Counted from the first letter of the whole stretch, positions 25,425 through 39,094 are shown. The stretch is DNA of 62,900 nt, filler included, from Catajapyx aquilonaris (GCA_000934665.2; 2 parts of 2 records of this genome joined end to end with filler, not necessarily neighbours in it), one strand, 5' to 3'. The notes: a model not told the origin generated them from the letters alone. Numbers and translations: made by a program.

Positions 25425-28366
25425 ATGTTTCTTTTTTTGGTTAGTTTATGAGTAGCAGTGATTTTTTTAAACGAAGAGCTATATCAGGAATTAGGCAATT
25501 CGTATTAATATTTTGTAACAAAAATGGCATATCACATGTCATAAGAAATCTTTATCCAATAACTCGACTTGGGTGGCTATATTTCGCTTCCGACGAACGA
25601 AAAAAAAGATAGTGCATTAAGTTTTAAAAAATACCGTTTTTAGCCATTCGGTGAAGAAAGAAATCGACTTCATTTAGGCCTACTGTATTATTGTAAGGTG
25701 GTCAAAATAATATCCCACTGATGTTCTGAATATTTGCGTAGCCAAAAATAATTCTTAAATGCTGATTGGAGCAATTTCTTGATTATTATTGAGTAACAAG
25801 ATGTCTGCAATCTTCAAAACCACTGTGTAAGTTATATAAAATTGGAGTTTGGCTTTTAAGTGGCATGCAAAGTACAATAACAAATGGTTCTATGTGAATG
25901 TTACTACATATTTTTTCACAAATGCTGCTCTAAATATTAAAAAATTGGGATTTTATCAATCATTTAATGAGAGCAAGTGCCATCATTTTTTTACTGAAAT
26001 TTTAAGTGGTCCAGCCACCACTATGGGTTGTTTTGACATGGAATAACCGTGTACTAGTTACGGCGCGGCGGGCGTCATGGAAGAACTGATTAGTCGCCTT
26101 CCGAATTGTCTGCCATCTCGTGGCGATTGCCAGTAGTATTATGAGAGACTGTCAATATGTAGTAAGTTTCTCATCAGTAGCGGCGTTTTATCCTGTCCTC
26201 AAATGCCCTCGGATCATGATTTTCAAATTTTATGTCGTCCACGTATGAGTAAGATGATATTATGATGATTAGTGCTGTGCTGTCTTAATCAGAGCGTTCA
26301 TATTTGTCTTGATCTTGGGCATGGTGTCAAATGGAATTGTAAATGACGTAGGTCTACACAGTGTGGTAGAATGAGTGGAACAGTATTTTTGTGCATAATT
26401 TTTGTAATCCAACCATAACTTATGGATCATGGGAGTTATAATTATGCCTGTAATCACGGCATTACTTATAATTTTACGGGGCAGGTTGCAGGATAAGAAA
26501 TCAATCAGACGGTTTTTTATATACCGGTACCAATATTATGTGATTGCAATGTCATAATTGCGTCAAATAAATACAGAAAACTGTATCGCAGCCTACTACA
26601 GTATATGTACAATTTTTCGTTATGGTGAATCTCATTTTCAACGAAACTGTCAATGAAGATGGTCTGACATCATTTCCAAGAGACTATAATATGATTGTAT
26701 GAATATTTATAGTAAGCTTATCACACAGCATAAACATGACAATATCTAATCAAATTAGAATAGCCCTACTAGATCAGAGGGCCTGCTATCTCCAATATTT
26801 CTAGCTTCATTCCAAAAAAATGTGATTATATGAGATGCACACATCTCATTATAGATTATAGTTAATCTATAATTAATAGGTAATTATAGGTTACCAGTGT
26901 GAGTTTTTTTTTCTAAAGCTGTTCACCTCGAGCAGAGACCTAAGTTCTACAATTAATGATTATAAAATTTGGCTTTAAAATATTAGAAGCGCATAGTCTG
27001 CACAAGGTGCATTAATGTGTGTAATCCAGTTGCACAAGAGGTTGGAAACATGGAGGAACAGTTGACTTTCATACACATCATGAGTTGTATTTGACCTTCG
27101 TGATTGTGAAAAGTGCTTACACGCGTTTCTAGATGCGGATAAACTTGTCTCAGATTCCTGACAATGAATTATTGATTCAACCCTTATTTTATCTGTAATT
27201 TGTTTGAAATCAGTAGGTATATAATTCAATACTATGTCATATTTCAGATTCCATTACGTGACTATTACCCTTGGTATATGGAAACTATAGCCAAGCGACA
27301 TCTTAAACCTTTCATTTATTTAAGAATATATAGATGAGTTTGTTAAAAGCTGCATGAGAAGTTTTGTACCTCCGCATGACTATATCTTGTACACGAAGCT
27401 TTCTTGTCTTCTATTATACGCCAAAAAACGCACGCATCAGCTCCTTAAAACTTATAACACGGCAAGACCTTCGATAAGCTAACTTGATTGTGGTAAATCT
27501 TCGCCATCGTTATTTTTTTCCTATTATTTTTCCACCCAAGGAGAACTATTAAGCCTTTCTTATCCAGGCCTACATTTCTCGACAAGAAGTCTAACAAGTT
27601 ACAACACACAACACCCAGCCGCTCCGCATCATATTTGTTATTGTCAAAAGTAGCCTACTTGGCTTCCAATCAACTGCCCAGTAGGCCTATATTGTAAGCG
27701 TAGGCCTATATATACATGGTGACAGGTAGGGAAGTTCATCGGCCTATGCTAAGACTAGAATACACTATACTGTACATCATTTTTGATAGGAAGGCATAGT
27801 GATGGCATGAATGGTGGAAGGTTTAATTAATACCGGTTGTTACCATTGCATTGCATTGGAAGATTATCCTGCAAGTCACACTACCCGCCTGCCAAGGAAT
27901 CGCTGTACCTGCCGCTTATGCAGCAGTCATTAAACGGCTCCCTGTATACAGTGCCATAATATTGCTTTAAGACCGAACCTATAGAGCTGGCTTCAGTCAA
28001 GAGAGTCATATGCGAGTTCAGTTATTCGTATACAGGGTGTTGCACTTCCAAAGTTGACAGTCCGACGTGGGACAACGGTAAAAAGTTGGCGTATTAGTCA
28101 CACATGGCGATGTAAACAGTCGAGAGCCATGTATATCGGTAGATTGTTGGGAAATGTTTCTTAGAAATTGTTGGAGCTTTTTTTAAAGCCTATTTTCTAA
28201 CTATTCTTCGCTATGAATGCACGTGGGAAGGGAACTGTTTTCAGCTTATGCCATTATTTATTTTTAAATCCGCAATTATCTAACAAGTGCAATAAAATGG
28301 CCGCCGACTTTTCTTACATTGCCATGAGTGACTAATCCCCACATTTGACCCTGTATACACGTACTA

Positions 28367-28882
28367 TTGATGGGTCGTTATACGATCGCAACCATCGCGC
28401 ATATCACGTGCCGCAGTGGATGCAATCCTGGAATGAAGCGGGATTTGTGCTTAGGCAGGATATGAGCTGAAAACACGTGGCCCTTATTTCTAACACTGGC
28501 CAAGATCCAGGAAGTATGGCCGCCTCCAAGTAGAGCTTTCGGATGATTTCGAGGCAGATATCTGCACTTTACCATGGCGGCGTGTCGCAAAATTGGCTTG
28601 GACCCTCCTGAGGAAGTAGGCGATGACCCTCGGAAGAGGAGGACGTTGAGAAGCCAAACACGAGAAGTCGTCCATCGGGTGTACACTTACTTCAAGAGAG
28701 AGAAAGAGGCAGATGGGTCCCTCTGCGACGTTGCCAGAGCTACCGAAAGAACAGCTGAGGCCACGGGTGTAAATGGACGCGATTGCATTTCCCGCCGGAA
28801 ACTTGGCAACGTTGTGGGTAGGGGGCGTGTCCTGCGCGAATGGACGTCCAAAAGCGGTTGCGTTCGTTTATTGACCCATCTA
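28367..28882 (+). mobile_element. Internally deleted IS630-Tc1-mariner element retaining the transposase N-terminus (Sailor/DD82E-like, tentative)
   Basis: TIR t(t/a)gatgggtc..ta.acga.cgcaacc with TA on both sides. The ORF from 28574 encodes LRSQTREVVHRVYTYFKRE..ERTAEATGV, an HTH-like N-terminus, and then breaks. Confidence 0.75.
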
Positions 28883-30105
28883 TAGACTCCTGAGACCAAA
28901 CTGCTTGTCGGCCAGTCGAGTGCTCACTCTAGTTTGTGGACTTATTCTGTTGCAGAAAAAGAGCATACATTCTGTAAAATTGTTCGCTGAGTAATCCTGG
29001 GCTTCCTATAAATAACTTAGTCCTGAAAAAATTATAAAAATCACACCCTATGCTGTTGGTGCTGTTTATCGCCCCGACATTCTGAGTGCCTATAGAAAAT
29101 GCCCCGTTCCAACAGTCATGTGTGAAGGTTTTTTTTTTTTTACTACCGGTACACATGTTTTTCTATTTCTGTCTAATGCTCACAAAGATTATAGTCTGTA
29201 ATTCCCACATTGGCTTCAGCAGTTATGGAGACTCTTCAGTCTATTCTGACAGTAAGATAGTCTTATCAGTTTTGGGTGAGGCATAATTACTCCTTCGATG
29301 GAAATTGCATTTTTATTGTACCATTGCTTGTATAAGTATTAAACGAAAAATATAGCCTATTAGTTACACCGCCGTTTAGCACCCATGATGGATGGATAGT
29401 GTGCTCTTTACTCTACAGGATATTCCCTATTCACGGAATGGTAATAAAGTGAAACTTAATTTCCGTCGCGCTCCGAGCATTCATACGTAAATGATGAAAG
29501 GTTTTAATTATGATGACTTATACCTTATAATTGGCCTAGGATTCGCTCTGTACTCATAGCTAATGTCTTGTCAGGAGTATATAGGCCTTAGATTCAAAAG
29601 GAACAGTTTTGTGCCCTCTCCGGAGGTCATAGCCAGAAAGCAAAAAAGCAGAAAAGGCACAATACAGTTTACCTTTCATATTTCAAATCAAATTTCTTCT
29701 CACTTTGTGGTTTGTGCCTTCTCAGGAAAGAGCACAACGCCTTCTTTCGAAAAGGCACGAGCTTAAAAATGTATCTGAAGCAAGTTCTGGAGTTACAGCC
29801 CACCTCAAATAACTTACATGAAACTCATCAAATGCAGAACGATACAAGTTTTCCTCTTAATTTAATTTGTTTTTATCAAACTTTATTCATTCTCAATTCT
29901 TTGACTTATGGGCTTCATAGCATGTGAATCTGGCGTTCAAAATGTAATTTGTCCACCAAGTAGCCTACCGAATTGTGTCAGGGATGGAGTGACAATTTTA
30001 AAAACAAGCTGAACAACTTGTAGTAATCATATGTTCAAAATTTTAAATATAGTCTTTTATAAGCTGGGGAAGATGATGTGCTCCAGAAACAAAGTGAGTT
30101 TGTCC

Positions 30106-30235
30106 CAAGGGGGTAACCACTTCGGTACTCCGGTGACCACCTGCCAGTGGTATTCCCAGATACTCCTTATAGGTACCTTACTCCTTGAATTTGGTACACC
30201 AGTGTACACTTGACAGTCGAGTGGTTAACCCCTTG
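30106..30235. mobile_element. 130-bp hAT MITE, copy 1
   Basis: TIR CAAGGGG(G/T)TAACCACT; perfect 8-bp TSD GTTTGTCC. Confidence 0.92.
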
Positions 30236-30923
30236 GTTTGTCCTCCATGTGTGTTCATTTAGTCCCTCTCACGCCCTCTCGGCCAATGAGAGCAGTGAAT
30301 TGATTATATTATCAACGAAGCAATTTGTGAAGTCCACTCACAGTCCACTGCTATTGATGAGATAAGACACCTTAAAACGACAAGTTTTGGAGTCGACCAT
30401 GAAGGATATGAGGGGAAACATTGTGTCACAGTAGCAACTGATTATTTCTGATCATTATAATTTAAAATTTCTCACATAAGTTATATTAAATTGTCATATA
30501 ACCTTTATTATAACTGTTGTTATATGAATTAGTTTCTCTTGCATTTAATGCAAATGTAAGTTGACAGGAAGAAATGCCTTCTTGTAGTTTCAAACAATAC
30601 TGCAATAGCCTATGTCCCAGCATGTGTCTCAACAAAATGCAGTGTATCCACAACAACATTCTTCATTTTCCTGAGAATATTGTTTTCTCTTAGACGTTGT
30701 AATTATCTTGATGATGGCTACAATTTGCACTACAAATATTAATGTTGTCACTGACAGTATTCTCGCCATGAATATTTCTTTTATAATTTATTTTGGCACA
30801 GAAAGGACAAACGGCATATTGAACGTGAGCTCCGCAGAGAGGAACATATTTGTAAGACAAAAGGAAAGCTAAACTTTACGGACTAATAGTCACTAAAAGT
30901 AGGACACCGTCAGTTTCTACAAT

Positions 30924-31255
30924 ATTGAACTATGGAATCGGAAAATATGCCATATGTACTTGTTGCTCTGAGCCTCGCTGTACGCCAAACGGAGCATCGC
31001 AGGCGCACCAAGCACGGGTGGTAGGTGCGCCTGGCGAATCCATGACGATACAAGGTGTCATGAATCCAATACGAGTAACGAGTGACGAATGGGAGCAGTG
31101 TCTTTGACCCCCCACCCTCTGGGCACCCCCGTAGACTTGACCTGTTTTCCGATTCCAATGCGAGTTCGAGGCCACGTTGACCCCTCTGACCCAAGTGCAT
31201 AAGTGCCAAGTCATTTTCGAGTCGACTTGCCTGTTTTCCGATTCCATGGTTCAAT
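30924..31255. mobile_element. ~330-bp dispersed TIR element (MITE), copy 1
   Basis: TIR attgaac(t/c)atggaatcggaaaa. The body is homologous, in inverted orientation, to 55687-55917. Confidence 0.8.
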
Positions 31256-31381
31256 TACTTTCTTGCTTCATGAACTGGTGGTCGTAGTCCGGTCGAGGAA
31301 CCGAAACCCGTGCGTTTTTTGGAGGGGACCTTTTTTTTATGATCGCAGATCATTTTTGACATCCTAAGGATGAAATTTAGC

Positions 31382-31481
31382 NNNNNNNNNNNNNNNNNNN
31401 NNNNNNNNNNNNNNNNNNNNNNNNNTTAATTAATTAANNNNNNNNNNNNNNNNNNNNNNNNNNNNNNNNNNNNNNNNNNNN
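31382..31481. other. Assembly gap/spacer: N44-TTAATTAATTAA-N44
   Basis: Exactly 100 nt. The central 12-mer places stop codons in all six frames, as in synthetic contig linkers. Confidence 0.95.
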
Positions 31482-31611
31482 TAAGTTCCTGAGCTTGGGA
31501 AGTCAGGTAGGGCGCATGCGCACTTACTTCAGGGGGCGTGGCACCTGATTTGCCGAACATCCAAACAGCCCAGGAAGTTAGATTCCTGAATTGCCGAATA
31601 CGCCTATTATA

Positions 31612-32173
31612 CAGGGTGTTTATTGTAACTCTGCAAAGACTTTCAGGGGTAATAGAGGAGACCAAGACAAGAATTTTTGACATAGGAACCCGTGTCCGGA
31701 AACGCCATCCAGAGGGGGTTCATAGACAAGGAACGGGTGCGCTCAGACGCGTCACGCGGGAGGTGCCAGGTGAGCGGACTGTTTTGTTGATAGATAGATT
31801 GCAGTTGTTGCCAGGTTATTGCGTATCGCGTCGTTGTTTGCTTACAACAACGCGATACGCCATAACCTGGCAACAACAAATCCGCTGTTGGCTATCCACG
31901 CATCTCCTAGGAGGCGTACTTTAGTTGCTAGATGGCTATGCTGTTGCCAGGTTATGGCACATCGCATCGATGTTTACTATCCGAGCACCATCTATCAACA
32001 AAACAGTCCGCTCGCCTAGCGCCTCCCGCACGAAGCGTCTGAGCGCACCCGTTCCTTGTCTATGAACCCCCTCTAGATGGCGTTTCCGGACACAGGTTCC
32101 TATGTCAAAAATACTTGTCTTGGTCCCCTCTATTACCCCTGAAAGTCTTTGCAGAGTTACAATAAACACCCTG
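31612..32173. mobile_element. 562-bp Tc1/mariner-type MITE with ~185-bp TIRs
   Basis: TA|CAGGGTGTTTATTGTAACTCTGCAAAGAC..GTCTTTGCAGAGTTACAATAAACACCCTG|TA, with an additional internal hairpin at ~31803-31877. Confidence 0.92.
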
Positions 32174-33433
32174 TATAATAGCAGAGCTCTTTGGTTCCTA
32201 CATACAAGACAACAACAAGTCACACGTTGTCTGGCAACTGGTTACAATAATTTCAGTACACAACAGACTCCATTGGGATTTGGTGTTTTGCCCAGTAAGT
32301 ATCTGTGGACTGGTAGGATAAGTCCGGCCTGGGGCCCCTGGCGGGGCCCCCTAGCCGGGCTTATCCCTCCGATGCCCGGGGAAAGTGTACCAAGCCCATC
32401 TGTTGGGCCCTGATCCGCATAATGGGAGCATTTTATGGGGATTAATTTTTAAAATTTTTGCACAAAATATTGCTGTTTTATAATTTTAGACCCGGTGTAT
32501 TTAATCCAGCCTTTGAATTTGAGCTAAGGATTGAGTATTTACGTAATTTACATAATTATACTGTCTAGTGGACAGTTTAGTTTTCTGCTATAGAAATTAC
32601 AGTCCTTTAGAGAAATGATTGAAAAGAAAAATAATACAGTACGATTACCAGCAGGGGTAGGCTAACGCACTTTCAAGCTTCAAACCCCCATACAGTATAC
32701 TCAAGGAAAAAATGGTGAAAACTTCTCAGTTCAGAAATCATGCCCTGTTCTTACGTCAAAAACTGACCATTTATTTCCAAAGGAAGCAATAGCAAACTTT
32801 TAGCAATCCAAGAGGCTCAGGTATAGAAAGTGAAATACACAATAATATTACTGGATACCGGTATATCAAATCTTTAAGCCACGTACGTATAGATAATGCA
32901 CTTAATTTTTATTAGTGAAATGATCATTATTTTCTCTTTTGAAACAAATTATTGTAACCAAGTAGTGCATTCCTAACTATTTCAAACCGTACGTTATTTA
33001 AAGGTCAGTTTTAAAATATTTGAGACAATTTACTATCACGGCCTTACGTTGTTTTCCTTTGACCTATAGTCTACTGCACAAAGGGTGCACTGTACCAAGT
33101 CCACAGTCTAACAATGGAGATGGGTGAGAAGATATAATGTTCAACCCCGCAACCATTGTCACCAGAAGCGATGACCACCGCAAGTGAATAAGACGCTGAT
33201 CGTAGCTTCCAGCGGATTGTTTCTGCTGCGTTAGTAAGAAATCCATAGCTTCTTCAACCCCCTTCTTGAACAGGACGGAGACGTGGGCAGAGCAACACCT
33301 CGCATGTAAGCTGTACTGTATAGACCTATAGACAGTATTTGCAAGCCAGAGAATATGCTCATCACTTCACTGATAAGAAAGATCTACGATGTACTGTACT
33401 AATTCTTACATTCTTATATCACTGTTGATATAT

Positions 33434-33772
33434 GGGAGCGGAGTGGCGCTGCGGTAACATTACTTATGCGCCCACGGATGTAAGGGTCCCGGGTTCGATA
33501 CCAAGCATGGGCATTCCCCCCTTAATTTCGTGCAGAGTTCGGGATCTTCTCTGGCTTTGTCTCGGGTGGGATTTCCGCTAGACCCGGGGGAGTCCACAAA
33601 ATGACCGCAGCAACTGTACTGCAGCTCTGCACATTGCACATTCCCTCCCACTCATCCCCCCTAGCTCGTTCGTGGTACCAGGGCGTTACGAAAAAGAACC
33701 AATGAAAGCTTGTACACCTAAAGCAAATAAAAGTACCGTGCCAGATGCCCATCATGGCGGTGCATTCACCCC

Positions 33773-33849
<77 letters not shown>
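33434..33849 (+). mobile_element. SINE family 2, copy b, with long (ATT)n tail
   Basis: Head gggagcggagtggcgctgcggtaac..cccacgga..ggttcgata matches 16157/59990. The 3' part is divergent and is followed by (ATT)n at ~33774-33852. Confidence 0.85.
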
Positions 33850-33856
<7 letters not shown>

Positions 33857-33864
33857 ACTGTTGA

Positions 33865-34200
33865 GGGGGAGGTGCGGTGGCCGAGATGGTAACGTGTCGG
33901 CTTGCTCAGTGAAAGGTCCCCGCCTTGGAGTTCCCTTTCACCTGCGTCAGCGAGGGTCTCTGACCCGCACCTTGGAGGTGTCGGGCAACCTAACCTCCTG
34001 GGTAATGACAACGCACTTGCACCCGTGTCCCCTCCCCAAAAATCCCTATCCTTACCCACTGTCCTTGATTCCCTGCACCGCGCACCGGTGTTCGCAGAGA
34101 AAAATGGAAAATAATGCAGAAAGTATGGTGGTGTCCCACCCCCCTAAGAGAGCCAATGTCTCTAGCACGGGGTAGCAAATAAATATAAAATAATACTGTA
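33865..34200 (+). mobile_element. tRNA-derived SINE, family 1, copy c (B box deleted)
   Basis: Same head and body as 11830/12188. Flanked by ttata(t/a)actgttga-type direct repeats at 33850-33864 and 34201-34215. Confidence 0.9.
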
Positions 34201-34475
34201 TTATATTACTGTTGATACGAGGTATAGGTATATGTATACTTATATATTATGGACAAGTCGTCGGCAATACTGAAACTTTATTTTCATAACTACAAAGTTT
34301 GTACATTGTTGCAATTGCAATTAAATAACATCATTAAAATGACAAGTAGGCCTACACCAATGCTATTGCCATGTCGTGTCTGTGACTACAAGGAAAGACA
34401 ATCCTGCATTATGTAGCATAAAATATTTCCCAAATCTTGAAATGTTTATAGCACAGGAAAATTACGTCTTAAAAT

Positions 34476-34889
34476 GGCTCGAAACGGAACAAAATGATCG
34501 GAAAGCTCATTTTGATTTTAAAACATTATTTGGAACCATCTGGACCTCCTGTGAAAAGTTCCAAAAAATCAGCCTTGGGCAACATACTTAAAAATTGAAA
34601 AAATATCCGCCATTTAGGAAATTTCGAAAAATTGCGTTTTCTTGAGAACAGTCGGCTATAAAATGATTCTGCTTGCTCTGTTTTACTTTAAATGCCTTCT
34701 CAAACTTAAACTATATAATGACAGACGAAATTAGCATATTTAGAAATGTGCATGACGGATATTTTGTCAATTTTTAAATATGTTGCCCAAGGAGGATTTT
34801 TTTGGACTTTTCACAGGAGGCCCAGGGAGTTCCAAAAATGTTTTAAAACAAAAATTAGCTTTCCGATAATTTTGTTCCGTCTCCGGGCC
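34476..34889. mobile_element. ~410-bp MITE with long imperfect TIRs
   Basis: 34476-34610 is the imperfect reverse complement of ~34756-34889 (cggaacaaaat.atcggaaagct..cctcctgtgaaaagt..ccttgggcaacata). Confidence 0.8.
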
Positions 34890-35202
34890 TAATTTCAGTA
34901 ATTTGCCTATACTACTATTACGCAATATTAGGCGGCACAATACTGATAAATAACATTAAGACTATCACTTCTTTTAAAGTGTTACCAATGGGTCTAAAAT
35001 TCAGGCAAAAATGTAGATTTTAAAAATACACGATTATGTACAGTACCGCTTTATTTTTTGGCACTTTCGCATCAAGTTTATTCAACCAGAGAATCGTACT
35101 ATAACGTCCCAATAGACAACATTGACTGTCAGTGATGAAACATTTTCAAGCGTATGACAGCAAGCTTAATGAACTTAGAATAGAGTGTTTGTGAAACATA
35201 AT

Positions 35203-38165
35203 TTACACATAACAAGGCGGTACAAATGTAGGTCCGCTGACCATGCTCTTCATGGCGCTGTATGTCGACAAACCACCACCAAAAATACCAACAAAGACTA
35301 GTTCGATTAGAAAAACTCTCACGTGCAGAGGTATTGTCCTGAAAAATAATGTCAATGGACATGTTTAGTAGTTAGTAGGCGTAAGAATATATTATAATAT
35401 TATCTAGACTGGCTAGACCTGTTACTAACCTTGGCGGCCAACTGGGATCTTTCTGATCGCATAGTCGCATGTATAGTAGTGGAGGCAATACGAAAGTTAG
35501 AAGGGTAATAGTCGAGGCTCCCACCAAAGCGAGGATTTTGCTAAAATGCGGGACAGTCTGACCCACAAAAGTGACGCAAACCATTAATGTTGTCCGAGAT
35601 GCTACACGCTTCCAGCAAAAAACTGAAATTAAATTTAATAATAGGGTAAACATGTGACATAATGTGGTATTAAATCTTTGCTGATAATTTCACTCCTTAC
35701 TACATAATTATGTACAGTATATAGGTTAAATATTTATGATTTGTGATCGTAATTCCGTCATGTACCACTGTAACTGTGTCACTCTTTTAACGTGTATTAC
35801 CATTAAGACAGGTTAATGGTTAATTTACCTGGAGGTATCCGAAAAAATTCTTCCATATCTTGACATACTGGATTAATCACAATGACATACGCAAGAAACA
35901 AATGCAAAACAACCAAGATGCTTGATGTTATCACCAATGGTCCTTGAGGAATGCCTTCCAAAAAGTTGTCCTTCATTGGATCGCCTATGACCACGTATCC
36001 AGGCACAGAAACCATCAGATACAAAATGATAATAACTGTAACAAAAATTTACATAGGATGTGATTACAATTAATATTCTTGTATAAGTTATTATTAATGT
36101 TGGCATAAACACAGACATTTCTGGATTGACCCCAGAAGTAGCTGTTGGCCGCTCTGATTGGTCTTTACATAAGTATGAATTGAGCTTAGGAAACATATAT
36201 TATAAAGGTGTATGTTCACATTAGATCGCTAGTAAAATTCTCAGCGTGACAAGGTAACATGCACCAATCAGGGTCTAGTTAGTAGGTTTCGAGCGCCACA
36301 GTGAGAATTGCATTACAGCTAATGCAACGTGCCTGTCCATTCACACAACCATCACTTACTGTACTTGTACGACGTACGTCATACCCACTAGAAAATTGAT
36401 AAATCTCAAAGTAACTGATACCTAATTGTTTTCTCATGAGTTTTCCTGTTAGATATAGGCCTAAAATTGTGTATACGTTAATAAGAAATGACGCCATCGA
36501 AGCCATTGTCGTCATAAGATGTGTTAAATGCTGTTGTGCAAAAATGGAATCTCTCCATACATGGCAGAAGGGTTTTCTCAAAGAGGTCTAGTGTACTTTA
36601 GCTTTGTGAATCACTTTCCCGTCAATAGTGAAGATTATCTTCAACTATGATATAAACAAAGAACAGGCGTACATACTTAAGAATGCGGTCGTAACGCTCT
36701 TCTTAAAGTGTCCTCTGTCCTTCATGTCATTCTGAATAGTAGGGAAGGTCGAAGCACCTCCGAAACTAAACAGTATTGTCCCGAAGGCCAAGAAGAAGCT
36801 GCTTAGCGTCGGAGTCGCATGTGTAGCCAAGGGCAGCGTTTCCTTTGCGTAAATGGCCATTTGTGTCATGGCAAATGTACACGTTAAGGACATGGTCAAA
36901 AGCGCTCCAACTGCTGCCAACCAAAAGTCCTTTGGTGTCCCCAACCACGTCACCGGACAGAGGGCAGCCCCTATAATAAGTGCCCAGTTGCAGTAGGATA
37001 GTTTCCAATCTGAGAGCTGATCGACCACATCCTGGACCATGGACGCTACCAGAAGAAGATAGACGACGGCGCTGCCGAAGAGAGTGATGTGGATGCTGAC
37101 CCGTATCAGGATACGGGCCCAGGCTCCGAAGGCTTTCATTCCTATGGTCGGATACGGGTCTCTGACTTGACCTTTGCACTCGGGGTAACGCTCTTCCAGG
37201 ATGCTCCAGCAAATGGCCAAACGTGTCCCGCTGTACCCGGCTGCTACGCCCAGTATTATAAGCAGAGGGAGGCCAACCCATCCTGAAGTGAAGCCATTCA
37301 TTAGATACTTTAAAAATATATATATTAATGCTCTCTCTACGATCACCCTAAATGATTTTATACCAGCTTTTAAAAATTTCTCATTCGTCATCATTTAGAT
37401 TTACGCTTCTATTCTGGTAGTTATGGTCATCCAAGTGATGTCGAAATTGCGTGAAAATTCCTGCAGATTTGCAACCAAGTGTCTCGGAGATGAATAAGCT
37501 CGGTAAAATACACACGTTCAAGACTGTAGTAGAGTACAACATACCCAATTTTGGTATTTAAAAAAATGGACAAGGTAATGGCAAAAGGGGGGTCCAATAA
37601 TTGGACCCCCCTTTTGTCATGACCTTGTTATTGAATTATTCCCCTCATGCGTAATGCAAGGGAGTGTATTTAATGCGTCAAATGTAATCATATAGTTTTT
37701 ATCTGCCAGGAAAATACTGTATTGAGGTGTTTAGTGAATTAAAATTCACCAATATTATTATTAGCCTTTTGATGGTACTTTTTAAATATTTAATTGTATA
37801 CCTTCAGTTCGAGTGAAAATAAATTAGTGGGTTTCGAATGAAGTGTCAGGGATCCCTTCGTCTGGCCACATTTTTGCAGAACAGAAACAACAGCAGGAAT
37901 GCGATTGTTATCCGATCTGATATGGAATGTGCTCGAATGTCCCTGATGTTTTTATAATTCTACAAATCTTTGTTAGCCTTATTGCAACATTGATGACCTC
38001 TCGTGAATTTTGGTATAAGTTACGTACGTATTTATGTAGTACAGTCACACAACCGTAGTCATCGTTTGAGCATTTTCATGTTTAGGACAATTACGTTGAG
38101 ATCAAACACCTTCAGAAACTTTCACATTTTAAAAACTCATTGAAGGTCTGTTATTTGCTTTTCAT

Positions 38166-38208
<43 letters not shown>

Positions 38209-39094
38209 CTTATTTTTGCAGTCATTCACGCCAAAATGGCATGAAGAAGATCTCCTTTTTTCTGTAAACAATGCCGGGTGTTCCTTGACTCAAAATAGAT
38301 ACCGAAGTTAACAAAGCCCTCGTCCTCGGATTTATTTACCAATGTCCATGACGGCCCTAGGCAAGGCCAAAACTCCGCTTCCAACCATTTCCCCAGAAAC
38401 GAATACTGTAGCCATGACCATCGTAAGTCCATGATGACCAGGTGATGATGATGTGTTTTGGGATGGTGACGTTACGGCGTCTCTTTTGCTTGCTAACTCG
38501 ATCTACAACCATAATACTCATTATTATTCCTGAACGATATTTTTTAACAAAGTTGCTATGTTCGTTGGGTTAAACACGGTCGTTTTTTAGTTGTGATATG
38601 TAGTGACTCTTGTTAGCTTGAGTGCTTGACTCATGTGGAAATTACGTAGGAAATTCGGGGGTATTCACTGTGACTCCCTTCACTGATAAAAGAGTACACT
38701 CATATCATTGATTACATGTGAATGACCGGTGACTGTCCCTCATCGTCCGTCTGATATTGAATAGTGTATTTCAGTATAAGATATAGACACGGATCTGCAA
38801 TATGAATGCATATTTAACTGAAAATATATTTGAGGATGACATTATTTTTAAAAACATCACTTATAAGGTGCTGAACAAATTGCTGCATTGAAATGATGTT
38901 TTGCTGTATAATGTATGTTAATTGAGCATATTTCATGCATGCCATTGAAAAATTATTAAAGAAACAATCGCCACGATGGAATAAACAAAATGTATCTAAT
39001 CTTTGGCACACAGACAGTGACCGCTATAGATTGATCCCTATATGTAATATAGTGATGTTCAACCTACCTGCTGGAGTGTCCCCGTAGCTTGCAT
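35203..39094 (-). CDS. Amino acid transporter, Aa_trans/AAAP (SLC32/36/38-like) family, paralog A, ~443 aa, 6 coding exons
   Basis: Exons (minus): 39094-39068 (MQATGTLQQ, tentative), 38502-38340 (..GLTMVMATVFVSGEMVGSGVLALPRAVMDIG), 37282-36677 (WVGLPLL..LEERYPE..FSFGGASTFPTIQNDM), 36035-35829, 35622-35430 (..GASTITLLTFVLPP), 35338-35203 (RTIPLH..PTFVPPCYV*). All introns are GT-AG with compatible phases; total 1332 nt. Family motifs GxGVLALP and FGG..TFPTIQNDM are present, with many hydrophobic TM-like segments. Confidence 0.92.
37570..37628. repeat. 59-nt near-perfect palindrome in intron 2 of transporter A
   Basis: acaaggtaatggcaaaaggggggtccaat-a-attggaccccccttttgtcatgaccttgt. Confidence 0.85.
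38164..38214. repeat. (TTTA)n microsatellite
   Basis: Direct observation. Confidence 0.95.

Noticed and set aside
31426..31437. TTAATTAATTAA as a biological motif
   Set aside because: Embedded in Ns; synthetic spacer.
33672..33857. Poly-Ile ORF
   Set aside because: Translation of the (ATT)n SINE tail.
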